DNA of 64,000 bases, from the NCBI GenBank assembly GCA_014802335.1, contig JAAVCL010000024.1, positions 7,346 through 71,345 of the forward strand, given 5' to 3'. Made by a program: the position numbers and the translations under genes. The notes beneath the pieces were generated by a model, which saw only the letters and a program-made list of their open reading frames with translations, ran no database searches and had not been told where the DNA came from. The DNA is from Bacteroides sp. (GTDB lineage Bacteria; Bacteroidota; Bacteroidia; Bacteroidales; Muribaculaceae). Positions 9,547 to 19,939 of this stretch are shown in pieces (the first letter of the stretch is position 1; each line of letters opens with the position of its first letter).

Positions 9547-11283
9547 ATTGCCCGTTTTTTTCGTTGGTGCAGGGGTCTTGAATAATATAAAATCTTTTTC
9601 CCGGCAGACTATTAAGTAATGGTTCCTCTTGATGAATTCACGGATGACCGAGCTTTTATCCTTATTGTGAAATCTGTTCTGATTTTTATCTGTTCCGTTA
9701 AGGTATTGGTCGGATGGTTCGCCCCATTTGCCACCCAATGTGTTAAACCTCATTAGCAGAATATACTCGGGTTTTGGAGATGTGTCAAGTTTTGAAGTCA
9801 GCATTGCCGGCGTAAGAAGTTCGGGCCATGAACATCCCAACGCCGGAACCGTTCGTGTAAGGTGGTTAATCATCGGGGCAGACCCGTAGACAAGCATAGT
9901 GTCTCCGGAGTTAATATGGATATTGAGAGTGTCTAAGATTTCGGTGAGTCTTTGCGCTTTAAGGGGAGAGGTATGGATATATGAGGCGCGGTCGTTATTG
10001 ACGGTTTCAGTCATATCTATCAGCGGGGTGTCGTCAAAGTAGAACGCGCCGGCGGCTGCTTTATAACCTCCGGCGGCCACAATCGCCAGACACACAATCC
10101 AACCTATTGTTTTCCCATACACGCGTTTCATGTAATTCAACCCGGCCGGGGCTGCCAGCCACAACACAATTGTTCCGGCATTGTAAATACCATTGTCACT
10201 CCCAAGGGGAAGAATGATCATCATCAGAAATCCGGCTATCGCCGGTGTGGCTTGCCGGGGAGTAAAGCCTTTATGGAAGGTGCAGATTATTCCCGCCAAA
10301 GATATTGCTGCCGTAACTGTCACAATATTACCCGTTATCATCCAATAAAGACAAGGGGCGGTAAATGCGACGGCTATGATTATCCGAAGTGATATTGATT
10401 TTGTCTTTTTCGACAGATAAAGTCCGATGCCCGCGGTAACCATTAGTTTGATCATCAAAATTACAATTTCTACCCAGCAGCTTATCTGAACGGAAATCAG
10501 AGATTTCAGACTGTGGGTTGATTCGCTGTCTGACGAGCTTCCCATTACAAAAAGGTCTTTTATAACCTGTTCAAGCAGGGAGAGGTGTCCCAGCCCGTAG
10601 GCCGGAACGAGTGCGAGGGCCAGTCCTGCCAACCAGCCTCCAATCCACGCAAGTGCAAGCCGAAGCATTTTTTGTCTGTCCTTGACTGCGGTCGGTATCA
10701 GGAGAATGAATAAAATCTCAAGTACATTAGGCAGACGGGTCAGAGTGTTGAACCCTGCCACTCCGGCCGCTATGCAGCAGTAAATTATGGCTCGCCGTTT
10801 CGATTCGGTAAACAGCGATTCGGTAAGAAAAGTCAGCGACATGCATGCCAAGGCTGCAGTCATGTTATCGTTATAAATTGATAAAGGACTTTGCCATGCG
10901 CCTGTGCATATTACAAGGATTGCTGCAATCAAACCAAAATTATAGGAGCGGTCATTATAGATGCGAGCCGAACAGGCAACGCAAATCAGGCATGTCAATA
11001 GTCCTGCCACACGCAACCATAACAGACTTCCGCCCGTAACGGCGGAAACGACACCCCCGGCAACGCCGCTCATGTAGTACATGAAGTTATAGACAACGCT
11101 GTCGGGGTGAGTAAATATTTGGTCGTAAAACGTGGCATAAAAACCGGAGTCGCACAATTCCATCCCGAAAAATAAAGCGGGGAGCAACATTATGCATGCA
11201 AGCAATAACAGAAGAAATAATCGTCGTGTATTAGAATACCTTTTCAGATACGTTTTGCTGAATGGGAGAATTATTTTTCTCAT
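9544..11283 (-). CDS. Polytopic membrane protein, probable GT-C fold glycosyltransferase (ArnT/PMT-like)
   Basis: Many hydrophobic segments; 'GMELCDSGFY' acidic motif after first TM; soluble C-terminal domain; start uncertain (11283 or 11334). Confidence 0.55.
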   Translation of the reverse strand: MRKIILPFSKTYLKRYSNTRRLFLLLLLACIMLLPALFFGMELCDSGFYATFYDQIFTHPDSVVYNFMYYMSGVAGGVVSAVTGGSLLWLRVAGLLTCLICVACSARIYNDRSYNFGLIAAILVICTGAWQSPLSIYNDNMTAALACMSLTFLTESLFTESKRRAIIYCCIAAGVAGFNTLTRLPNVLEILFILLIPTAVKDRQKMLRLALAWIGGWLAGLALALVPAYGLGHLSLLEQVIKDLFVMGSSSDSESTHSLKSLISVQISCWVEIVILMIKLMVTAGIGLYLSKKTKSISLRIIIAVAFTAPCLYWMITGNIVTVTAAISLAGIICTFHKGFTPRQATPAIAGFLMMIILPLGSDNGIYNAGTIVLWLAAPAGLNYMKRVYGKTIGWIVCLAIVAAGGYKAAAGAFYFDDTPLIDMTETVNNDRASYIHTSPLKAQRLTEILDTLNIHINSGDTMLVYGSAPMINHLTRTVPALGCSWPELLTPAMLTSKLDTSPKPEYILLMRFNTLGGKWGEPSDQYLNGTDKNQNRFHNKDKSSVIREFIKRNHYLIVCREKDFILFKTPAPTKKTGN

Positions 11284-11340
11284 TGATGCTGATGGATGCT
11301 TTATTTTTGTTTCAGGATTTGGAGTCAGAATCAACTCTTT

Positions 11341-11790
11341 TTATGAAGATGTGCGGCTTTTCCGCCTAAATCTGATAAGAGTGATGATAATAATGCCGAG
11401 AATTCCACCTGATAAGAATATTCCGGTTTTCTTAAACCAATCTGAGATTTTTTTATTTATCTCTCCGGTGTGATTTGGCGTCTTAAACTCTGGTTGTTCT
11501 TTTATAACCGTTACCGTATCGACACGGGTGTGATATAATGTATCTGTGCGTGTGCGTATTCTTTCTTTCCAACGGTAGACTTCTTTGACTTTTATTTCGG
11601 GCGTCTGTTCCACATAGATCGAGTCCCTGGTATAAGTCGTGTCTGTGTAGAATTGCCGGTGAGTCAATGTGTCTTTTTGTGTATTGACCACCGGCACATA
11701 AATTTTTCGGGTGCAGCCTGACGCCCAGCAGACAGCCTCAATGAGAAGCAGACACTTCAAGAGGGCGGAGAGCAGTTTGGATACTTTCAT
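11341..11790 (-). CDS. Lipoprotein with C-terminal TM helix (u-spanin-like architecture)
   Basis: Lipobox 'ASGC', repeated 'DT/DS-x-Y' beta motifs, C-terminal 'GIFLSGGILGIIIITLI' followed by basic tail. Confidence 0.55.
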   Translation of the reverse strand: MKVSKLLSALLKCLLLIEAVCWASGCTRKIYVPVVNTQKDTLTHRQFYTDTTYTRDSIYVEQTPEIKVKEVYRWKERIRTRTDTLYHTRVDTVTVIKEQPEFKTPNHTGEINKKISDWFKKTGIFLSGGILGIIIITLIRFRRKSRTSS

Positions 11791-11863
11791 ACTTTCTTTG
11801 CTTTTTAAGTGAATAATGCAAAGAAAGAGCGAAAGCGTAGATTTTAACCCTTATCGGTCAACT

Positions 11864-12538
11864 TCACTGTCTGCCGGATAATTCATCGATTGTATAATTG
11901 AAGAAATCATTCAGTGGCTTTATAGCTCTCATCCGTGCAATTACGTGCAATTCGAAATCCTTGGAATCGGTAAGTGTTTTATCCATTGGCGAGTAGGCCG
12001 TGTAATCGCGTGGTTTTAAAAGCTCGATATATTCCCAGTCTTTGGGAAATCCCTTGGGTGCTGTTTTCAAAAGATTATCACCCGGGGGGAGGAAGAACTT
12101 TTTATACTCAGGATTATCTATAATTTCAAGGTATTCTTCCACGTTGTCAAAAATATCCCGACGCAGAGCCTTGAGTATCGTGCTGTCCGGGCACCAGCAC
12201 CCTCCGGCCACAAGCACATTGTCGGGCTCCAGATGCAGATAATAGCCGCATCTTGGACTTTTCTTGCCGTAGGGAGGATTGATATAGATTCCGATATGCG
12301 TTTTATAAGGTGTTTTGTCGGCCGAAAAACGAGTGTCGCGATATATTCGATACAGACAATCGGATGGTTTCAGCTTCGCGACCTCCGGATCGAATTCCGC
12401 AATGCCCACAATGAGGCGTTCTGTCAGTTTCTCAACTTCATCTTTGACTGCCAGATATTTATCCTTGTTCAGGTTAAACCATTCCCGATTATTATTCCTG
12501 CGCAGTGAACGCAGAAACGATAATATATTCTTGATCAT
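11864..12538 (-). CDS. DUF2461 (TIGR02453) family protein
   Basis: 'NNNREWF', 'YRIYRDTRFSADKTPYKTH', 'LKTAPKGFPKD'. Confidence 0.9.
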   Translation of the reverse strand: MIKNILSFLRSLRRNNNREWFNLNKDKYLAVKDEVEKLTERLIVGIAEFDPEVAKLKPSDCLYRIYRDTRFSADKTPYKTHIGIYINPPYGKKSPRCGYYLHLEPDNVLVAGGCWCPDSTILKALRRDIFDNVEEYLEIIDNPEYKKFFLPPGDNLLKTAPKGFPKDWEYIELLKPRDYTAYSPMDKTLTDSKDFELHVIARMRAIKPLNDFFNYTIDELSGRQ

Positions 12539-12622
12539 TTCCTATTAATTGTGTTGTGAGTAACAATGTGCATCGCACATATTTGACAACTCAGTAATTA
12601 TTATCCGGCCCGGACTGATTCG

Positions 12623-13921
12623 TTATCTGAAAATGAAGTCGTAAATTTTCTGAGTCGCACCCAACTTTGAACGTATATATTTTCCGGCCGCATCGCCCTT
12701 GAGTCTACGTTCCTTGTCGTCCTCGCCCAGCAGGAGATTGGCGGCTGTCTCAAAGTCGCTTGCTGAAGCTATCGGAACTCCACCTCCACATTCAGCCATT
12801 TCCCGGGCTTCGATAAATTTCTTATTGTTGGGTCCATAAATTACCGGTATGTCATAAACGGCGGCTTCGTTGATATTATGAAGACCCGCTCCGAACCCTC
12901 CACCCACATAGGCCACATCGCAATAAGCGTAAGCCGAAGAGAGCAAGCCGAAGCAGTCAATGATAAGAACCTGGGCTTCCCTGACATCCTCCGTGCTTGT
13001 CTTACCATTCTTTATCTCCGACAGCAGGACAACTCCGTTTCTGAAACGTTGACGCAGCTTCTCAAGACGGTGGCTGTCAAACTCGTGTGGCGCAATGACA
13101 AGCTTTACATCGGAATGTTCATTAAACCAGGGGATGTAGATATCTTCATCGGCCTCCCAGCTGCTTCCGGCCATCATGACCCGATTCTTCCTTTCCGCCG
13201 TGTTGTTTACAAAAGCTTCAAGCTCGGGGATGACTTTTTGCATGGCGCGAATGTCTGAGACACGGTCGAAACGAGTGTCACCGCAAACATCGACATCCTC
13301 TATCTTCAACCCTCTCAGAAGTTGGCGGCTGCCTTCGTCCTGCACAAAAATATGTGTATACCATTTAAGCCATTGGCCATACCATGAGCCGGGATGACGA
13401 AAAAAGAATTGGTCGGGTCTGAAAGCGGCGCTTATAAGATAGGTCGGTATATGGCGTTTGTTAAGTTCGTGAAGATAATTCCTCCAGATTTCATATTTCA
13501 CGAAGATTGCTATCTCTGGGTGAGCAAGGTCAATAAAACGTTTCACCCGGTGAGGCGTGTCAAACGGGAGATAGCAAACGCAGTCGGCCCCTGCATAATT
13601 CTTGCGCACTTCATAACCGGAGGGCGAGAAGAATGTGAGCAGTATTTTATATTCGGGATGCTCATGTTTGATTTTTTCAATCAGCGGGCGTCCTTGCTCG
13701 AATTCGCCCAGCGATGCGGCGTGAACCCACACCACGCGGTCGCCGGGCTTGATATGCTCGGCCAAATGGTCCTTGATGTGCCGTTGGCCCTCATCAAGTT
13801 TCTTGGCTTTCTCGTTGTGAAGTCCGGCAATTCGCACTCCGAATCTGTAGAGTGCGATGCCGGCGGAATATAATGGCGCTTCAAATATTTGCCTTCCGGC
13901 GTCAGAGGCAATCGTATGCAT
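12623..13921 (-). CDS. waaA: 3-deoxy-D-manno-octulosonic acid (Kdo) transferase
   Basis: 'WVHAASLGEFEQ', 'TFFSPSGYE', 'YLPFD', 'GDTRFDRV', 'YVGGGFG.GLHNINEAA'; start moved to ATG 13921 to avoid overlap with gltX. Confidence 0.93.
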   Translation of the reverse strand: MHTIASDAGRQIFEAPLYSAGIALYRFGVRIAGLHNEKAKKLDEGQRHIKDHLAEHIKPGDRVVWVHAASLGEFEQGRPLIEKIKHEHPEYKILLTFFSPSGYEVRKNYAGADCVCYLPFDTPHRVKRFIDLAHPEIAIFVKYEIWRNYLHELNKRHIPTYLISAAFRPDQFFFRHPGSWYGQWLKWYTHIFVQDEGSRQLLRGLKIEDVDVCGDTRFDRVSDIRAMQKVIPELEAFVNNTAERKNRVMMAGSSWEADEDIYIPWFNEHSDVKLVIAPHEFDSHRLEKLRQRFRNGVVLLSEIKNGKTSTEDVREAQVLIIDCFGLLSSAYAYCDVAYVGGGFGAGLHNINEAAVYDIPVIYGPNNKKFIEAREMAECGGGVPIASASDFETAANLLLGEDDKERRLKGDAAGKYIRSKLGATQKIYDFIFR

Positions 13922-13926
13922 CTCGG

Positions 13927-15447
13927 TTATCTGTTTATGGTATCTATAGCACGGCGGATGCGGTTGATAACTTCTTCTTTGGGCATCAGTTCGGTGATGT
14001 CGAACATGTGCGGTCCGCGGCATGAACCAACCACGGCCAGACGGAATGCGTTCATCACATTCCCGAGATGATAGCCTTTCCCGGCGATCCAGTCCAACAC
14101 AATTTTTTCTGCATTTGCCGAACTCATATCTTCAATGCCTTCCAAAACTCCGATCAATTCCTCCATGATGCGAGGCATATCTTCGCTCCAACGTTTACGA
14201 ACATCTTTTTCGGCATATTCGGTGGGAGCGGTAAAGAAAAAGTCGCCTTGCTCAAGCAAATCTCCAATCAGGTTGGAACGCCCTTTTACCATTCCGGCTG
14301 CTTTCGCCACATACTCGCGGCTGAAGCCGGTGATGCCACGCGATTCCAGAAGCGGCATGATCAGGTCGGCTAATTCTTCATCGGGTTTAGCCATCAGATA
14401 CTCGTGGTTAAACCAGATGCCTTTCTTATAATCGAATTTTGCACCCGATTTGGAACAGTGTTCGAACGAGAATTTTCTAATCAATTCGTCGATGTTCATT
14501 ACTTCCGTGTCGTCGCCTGGATTCCAGCCGAGAAGTGCGAGGAAGTTTACAACGGCTTCGGGCAGATAGCCTTTTTCACGGTATCCTGAAGAGATTTCTC
14601 CTGTTTTCGGGTCTTTCCAATCAAGAGGGAAAACCGGGAAACCTAATTTGTCACCATCGCGTTTTGAAAGCTTGCCGTTGCCTACAGGCTTCAGCAGCAA
14701 CGGCAGATGCACGAACTGAGGCATCGTGTCGGTCCAGCCGAAAGCTTCGTAAAGCAGAACGTGAAGCGGGGCGGAGGGAAGCCATTCCTCGCCGCGGATA
14801 ACGTGAGATACCTCCATCAGGTGGTCGTCGACAATGTTGGCAAGGTGATAAGTGGGCAGATCATCGGCACTTTTGTAAAGCACCTTGTCATCAAGTATCG
14901 AACTGTTGATTACAACTTTGCCGCGGATAAGGTCGTTTACAGTCACATCACGTCCCGGTTCAATCTTGATGCGCACCACATACTTGTCGCCGGCAGCAAT
15001 GCGGCGTTCCACCTCCTCGGCCGGAAGTGTCAGTGAATTGGTCATCTTGCCCCGTGTGGAGGAATCATATTGAAAATTGGGTATTTCTTTTCTTGCATTT
15101 TCAAGTTCTTCGGGTGTGTCGAAGGCTATATAGGCTTTCCCGTTGTCAAGAAGCATTTTTACATGCTCGCGATAAATATCCCTACGTTCCGACTGTTTGT
15201 AAGGACCATAATTGCCTCCTTCTTTTACGCCTTCATCAATGCCGATTCCAAGCCATTGAAGAGCCTCATTTATATACTCTTCCGCGCCCGGCACAAATCT
15301 CTGACTGTCGGTGTCTTCAATGCGTAATATCATGTCGCCCCCATTCTGGCGAGCAAATATATAGTTGTATAGAGCGGTGCGGACACCGCCGATGTGCAAG
15401 GGGCCGGTGGGCGACGGTGCAAATCTTACTCTTACTTTTCGTTCCAT
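13927..15447 (-). CDS. gltX: Glutamate--tRNA ligase
   Basis: '[16 protein letters not shown]', 'LRIEDTD', 'HVIRGEEW', 'KLSKRDG'. Confidence 0.97.
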   Translation of the reverse strand: MERKVRVRFAPSPTGPLHIGGVRTALYNYIFARQNGGDMILRIEDTDSQRFVPGAEEYINEALQWLGIGIDEGVKEGGNYGPYKQSERRDIYREHVKMLLDNGKAYIAFDTPEELENARKEIPNFQYDSSTRGKMTNSLTLPAEEVERRIAAGDKYVVRIKIEPGRDVTVNDLIRGKVVINSSILDDKVLYKSADDLPTYHLANIVDDHLMEVSHVIRGEEWLPSAPLHVLLYEAFGWTDTMPQFVHLPLLLKPVGNGKLSKRDGDKLGFPVFPLDWKDPKTGEISSGYREKGYLPEAVVNFLALLGWNPGDDTEVMNIDELIRKFSFEHCSKSGAKFDYKKGIWFNHEYLMAKPDEELADLIMPLLESRGITGFSREYVAKAAGMVKGRSNLIGDLLEQGDFFFTAPTEYAEKDVRKRWSEDMPRIMEELIGVLEGIEDMSSANAEKIVLDWIAGKGYHLGNVMNAFRLAVVGSCRGPHMFDITELMPKEEVINRIRRAIDTINR

Positions 15448-15576
15448 GTCTTTTATTTATTCTAATATAATGTAGCGGGACAGCCATTTCCGGCCTGTTC
15501 CCGTAAGAATATATTACGGTGCAAAAATAGCAAATTTCTCCGAATTGCCCAAATTTTGACAAGATAGCCCTGACAA

Positions 15577-15620
15577 AAAATACCGGGAGTGGATGCTTGA
15601 GGCCACTCCCGGTATTTTAT
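15577..15620 (-). terminator. Intrinsic terminator of the adhesin/protease operon
   Basis: AAAATACCGGGAGTGG...CCACTCCCGGTATTTT stem with A/T runs on both sides. Confidence 0.75.
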
Positions 15621-15663
15621 TCAGGTAGGGTATATATTTATATTATGCAGGAAATCGGGTTGC

Positions 15664-18243
15664 TTATTTTACAATTACCTTCTCGGTCTGTTCGCCTTTC
15701 TTGCGGATGTAAACGCCGCCAGGAAGTTCGCCACGGACACGGATACCCTGAAGATTATAGTATTCAACAGCGTTATCGACAGGAACAATTATGTTTTCGG
15801 TACCTGAGGGCGCACTCAGAGTAAGTATGGCATCCTCTGAGAATGGGGAACGTCCGATATAGTAAAGAGAACCATAAGAATCTATCAGATAGCGAACGGC
15901 CTGACTTACAACACGAACCTGATCAGCATCCGCAGGATAGGAAATTGAGAAGTCACCGGAATTCTGCGTAGCGTTAGTAAAGTCGAGATAGCCCGTAAGA
16001 TAAGGCATCAGGAATACTTCACCTGCTTTGAGATCGCATTCAACCTTCAGGTTTTTAATGTAGTTGGTGTCCTGTCCGGAAGTAGTCAGTTCGATGATGA
16101 TGTTCTGACGCTTCTGGGGGTCGAGCTCGAAACTATAAGTTGCAAAATCAGAAGTGATATTCTGTCCCTGAGCATCCAGAATCTCATAGGACCGTGTCAT
16201 GTCGTTGAAGTACAGAAGACGAGCAGTAAGAGTACAGCTACCGGTAGTCTTGGCAGTGGCTGTCATCCGGATCGTACCCTCGTGGTTGCTGAAGTCGTAT
16301 GCACCGTCACCGCTGATGGTCATATAATCACCCATGCCCCAGGAAGCAGCCAGATTATTGGCAACAAAGGCGCCATCCTCAAACTTGGGATTAGGATATA
16401 TTATCCAACCCGCCAAGTCATCGCCAAGCTGCATAGAGTATTCTACTTCTTCATCCTCCGGGGTATCAGGATAATTAGCGAAAGAAATATCAGCTATGCT
16501 AAAGTTTTCTACATCCTCACTCTCCACTTTACCCGACTGAGCGTATATATTGAGTAAGTGAGTATCCTGATAAACCTCAAAGGAAACATTAGCTTCTCCC
16601 TCGCCTGACTTCCGGATAGAAAGTTCGGGCCGGTTTACCTGCCAAACACGGTGAACGGCACTGTAAGGAGAGCGGAGTTCACCCTTAACCACATACATTC
16701 TTACGTAAAGAGGCTCCTGGTCATCCCCGGTATTGACATCGAAGTGGCATTCAGTACCAACTATTTGCTTAGTCTGGAGTGCTGAAAGATAGGAACCGTC
16801 ATAGTTGCCCGACAGCAGTTCCACCATATAGCAATCAGCTTCTTCAGCCGGCTCCCATTCAATAGTGAATCCTTCCGGAGTATACTCGGTTGTTGTCCAT
16901 GAACCGACTGTCGGAACTACCGGCACCAACTCCGATATTTTGTAATAGTTTATGATAATCTTACTTCCTTGCTCTGGAACCATGCGTCCGGAGAGTGTAT
17001 TGCAATTGAAAGTACCCATGCCAACCATCCCATTGGGGTCGTCAAAATTACTTTCAATCAGGGAACCGGTGCCACCGAACGTAACATCATTTACCATAGT
17101 TGTCCATGATCCGTCATTGTTTAGGTCAGCTGAGAAGGAAGCATCTTGGCCGGCCCAAACCCAACCGCCCGGACATTCGGTAGACCCCTTCATTCCGTTG
17201 AAGCCTACAGATTCCCAGTAATTGAAGTCGATTGCCTGCTGACTATATTCATAAACGCGACCTCCAATTGTGATTCTTCCTCGATAGTTTCCTTCTGAGT
17301 CGGGGTGAGTAAACTCGGCAGCCGGAGGAGTCAACTGGGTCCAATCTGTGATAGTGTTTGTACCATCAAGAAGGATTGCACCACCAATGCCGAAAACATC
17401 AAACCCCCTCCATCCGGGAAGTCCTGTTATATAATGTCCATCTTCCGAGTCAGCTACTATCGGATTCTCTTCAGCACCCCCAATATTGCTGAAATCCTCT
17501 TCAAGTAGAGTTATCTCTTGATATTCAATTGCATCTTCACCGGGAATTGCCATAGCATCAGGCGAAGATACAGAGATATTATCAAGGCGCATATAATTCT
17601 GGTCTGCATCGCTCATACCATGGAACATGATATACCAGTCGCCTGATTCCTGAGGTGTAAAGTAGAAACCGTAATTAGGAAGGTTGCCGTCAATTGGACC
17701 GGGCAGGAGTGTCGGCTCCATGAGTACCTCAGAAGCATCGGTAATTTCAGTGCCACGTCCCATAAATACTTCGAGACATTCCGGATAGCGATCGCTGGCG
17801 CTCGAAGCATTGAAACTGATGATGTAACGTTTCCCGGCCTCCAGAGAGATAGCAGGGGTAATCAACCAATCGTCCATGGCTTTGGATGAATTGTAATAAA
17901 TCCGGCCCTCGCCTTCGTTGATATACCATTCCTTCTCATCGCCATTGGCATTTATGATTGTAAAGCCGTCGAGTACGCTCGGATCTTCGAAATCACAAAA
18001 GTAAGTCTCATGGTCAGGGCTGATAACGCGCCTCGGCGCAGTCCTTTTTTGATTTTCGCGGGCTTCACGAAATGAAAGGCGTTCCTTGGAGTCCGTTTGA
18101 TTGAAGGTTTTTCCGTTTGGAGCAACTTCGACACGTGTGTCAATCTTCTGCTGGCGCAATGGCAGCAGACCATTCCCGGCAGCGACAACGGTAAGTCCGC
18201 TCAATACGGCCGAGGATAGAAGAAAAATCGTTGATCTTTTCAT
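15664..18243 (-). CDS. Secreted cleaved-adhesin (choice-of-anchor J) domain protein with T9SS-type C-terminal tail
   Basis: Signal peptide; 'FTIINANGDEKEW', 'DDWLITPAISLEAGKRY'; C-term 'EYYNLQGIRV...GGVYIRKKG...KVIVK'. Confidence 0.7.
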   Translation of the reverse strand: MKRSTIFLLSSAVLSGLTVVAAGNGLLPLRQQKIDTRVEVAPNGKTFNQTDSKERLSFREARENQKRTAPRRVISPDHETYFCDFEDPSVLDGFTIINANGDEKEWYINEGEGRIYYNSSKAMDDWLITPAISLEAGKRYIISFNASSASDRYPECLEVFMGRGTEITDASEVLMEPTLLPGPIDGNLPNYGFYFTPQESGDWYIMFHGMSDADQNYMRLDNISVSSPDAMAIPGEDAIEYQEITLLEEDFSNIGGAEENPIVADSEDGHYITGLPGWRGFDVFGIGGAILLDGTNTITDWTQLTPPAAEFTHPDSEGNYRGRITIGGRVYEYSQQAIDFNYWESVGFNGMKGSTECPGGWVWAGQDASFSADLNNDGSWTTMVNDVTFGGTGSLIESNFDDPNGMVGMGTFNCNTLSGRMVPEQGSKIIINYYKISELVPVVPTVGSWTTTEYTPEGFTIEWEPAEEADCYMVELLSGNYDGSYLSALQTKQIVGTECHFDVNTGDDQEPLYVRMYVVKGELRSPYSAVHRVWQVNRPELSIRKSGEGEANVSFEVYQDTHLLNIYAQSGKVESEDVENFSIADISFANYPDTPEDEEVEYSMQLGDDLAGWIIYPNPKFEDGAFVANNLAASWGMGDYMTISGDGAYDFSNHEGTIRMTATAKTTGSCTLTARLLYFNDMTRSYEILDAQGQNITSDFATYSFELDPQKRQNIIIELTTSGQDTNYIKNLKVECDLKAGEVFLMPYLTGYLDFTNATQNSGDFSISYPADADQVRVVSQAVRYLIDSYGSLYYIGRSPFSEDAILTLSAPSGTENIIVPVDNAVEYYNLQGIRVRGELPGGVYIRKKGEQTEKVIVK

Positions 18244-18253
18244 GGTGATTAGA

Positions 18254-19903
18254 TTATTTGTTAATATATAGGGTTACTTTGTTATCTCCCTTTAGAATAT
18301 AGAAAGAACCTGGTATCGGTTCAGCTATCGGTCGACCCATAAGGTCATAGTAAGTAGTTGATTCCCTTGAAATCCCGGTTGAAATTTCTGTTATCCCGGA
18401 TTGGTCACCGTATGGCTTGGATGTGAATTTAAACCGTTTGTCAGTCACGGTAAGTGTCAGGTCTGTACGCGTCGTGTAATCTTGACCAATCTCATACCAT
18501 ATCCCATCATAAAGGAAAGCCGGCGTAACTGTATAGGTTCCTTCTGTAGGCATGCGGTCTGCAGATATAGTGTAGGATCGTTCTCTCCCTGTTGTATTGA
18601 GTGTTGAATATGTATCTGAAGCTACGTAGTCAATCTTTCCGGTCACCTTATCGACGAGTTTGATTCCCAGATAAACGGAAATGTTCTCTACACCGACATT
18701 ATAAAAGCCTTCGTAGTTATTTATCCCTGCGCCCGAGGCACAGAATTCAGGATCCTTATCCTTCATGATGGATGCAGACTTGACACCGAAAGGTCCGTAC
18801 AGCCCTATTTCAGGTATAAGGTATTCTGTGCCCCGATCGGGCTGCAGATTGAAAATGGCTTCCTGATTCTTATTGTAACCTTCTGGACTTCCGCCGATTC
18901 CCTGTTCGGAAGGATTGAGGGCCGTTACCAGAAAATAGCCATCACTCTTTCCTGACCATCCCCAGTTTACATGGAAGTAAGCATTGGAAGTTTCGGGTTC
19001 ATATATGTATCCATCGATTACAAAGCAATGGCCCCCATACTCATTGAACCCCGAATAAATAATAGGACGTCCCGAAGATAGCTCGGCATGAAGCATGGTA
19101 TTCCATTGGTCGAGGCTGAAAAAATCCCGGCGTAGTGAGCGGAGACTCCTGTCATAACCAAGATGATTTACCAACCCTAAGACATAATCACGCGGATAAG
19201 CCCCGGACGCTGAGGTGCCGTAAGACATATTGATTGCCATCCCGACGACATGCATTAGATTAGCTACTGCCTCAGCCTCATCTTCTGTATATTCAGAGGA
19301 ATATGAGTCACGCAAATTAGCCCAATCGATAGGATGTTCATCAAGATTCAGTGAAACAGGCTGATGGTCAGCCTGGGCGTATGCAACCCCGGACCCGCAT
19401 TCCGGATATTGATAGGTCTTAAGTACTTGGGAGATAGCTGTGGCTGCACATCCTGTCATAGTTCTGCCTGAAGAAATAATCGGGCAGTGATTGAAATAAG
19501 GTTCATCTTGATTCCAGTGAGTAGTCAGGATCGGCGATATCTCCTGCTGAGGGGAGCCTGGAGAGGTTTCCCAGACTCCGTTTGAGTAGGCATTAAGCAT
19601 ATCAATCAAAGCCGGCGGTACATCTGAAGGATCATAAAATCCTTCAAATGAGTAACCCAAAAGAGGAGTTCTTATCTCAGAATCTCCGGCGGCTATAATA
19701 AAGCCTCCGGCTGAAGAGTTGAAAACATATATGTTTCCGTTTCCTATACTTGATGTTAAAGTATAGGAATGCAAGGAAGGGACACGGAACTGTGTTTCGC
19801 GCGGAAGGGTAGAAAGCGCCTTTGTCAGGGCCTCTTCGGGGGTTATGGGCATGGCAATGGCCGACGACGATATTAATAGCGTCAGCATTGGAATAAATTT
19901 CAT
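18254..19903 (-). CDS. C10 (streptopain-family) cysteine protease with I69-type propeptide and T9SS-type tail
   Basis: 'GGFIIAAGD...LLGYS' prodomain; 'WNQDEPY'; catalytic 'TGCAATA', 'GHCFVIDG', 'HVNWGW'; C-term 'YYDLMGRPI...FYI'. Confidence 0.9.
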   Translation of the reverse strand: MKFIPMLTLLISSSAIAMPITPEEALTKALSTLPRETQFRVPSLHSYTLTSSIGNGNIYVFNSSAGGFIIAAGDSEIRTPLLGYSFEGFYDPSDVPPALIDMLNAYSNGVWETSPGSPQQEISPILTTHWNQDEPYFNHCPIISSGRTMTGCAATAISQVLKTYQYPECGSGVAYAQADHQPVSLNLDEHPIDWANLRDSYSSEYTEDEAEAVANLMHVVGMAINMSYGTSASGAYPRDYVLGLVNHLGYDRSLRSLRRDFFSLDQWNTMLHAELSSGRPIIYSGFNEYGGHCFVIDGYIYEPETSNAYFHVNWGWSGKSDGYFLVTALNPSEQGIGGSPEGYNKNQEAIFNLQPDRGTEYLIPEIGLYGPFGVKSASIMKDKDPEFCASGAGINNYEGFYNVGVENISVYLGIKLVDKVTGKIDYVASDTYSTLNTTGRERSYTISADRMPTEGTYTVTPAFLYDGIWYEIGQDYTTRTDLTLTVTDKRFKFTSKPYGDQSGITEISTGISRESTTYYDLMGRPIAEPIPGSFYILKGDNKVTLYINK

Positions 19904-19939
19904 ATAATGATAGCTTTAAACAGTCATTTATTGAACCTT

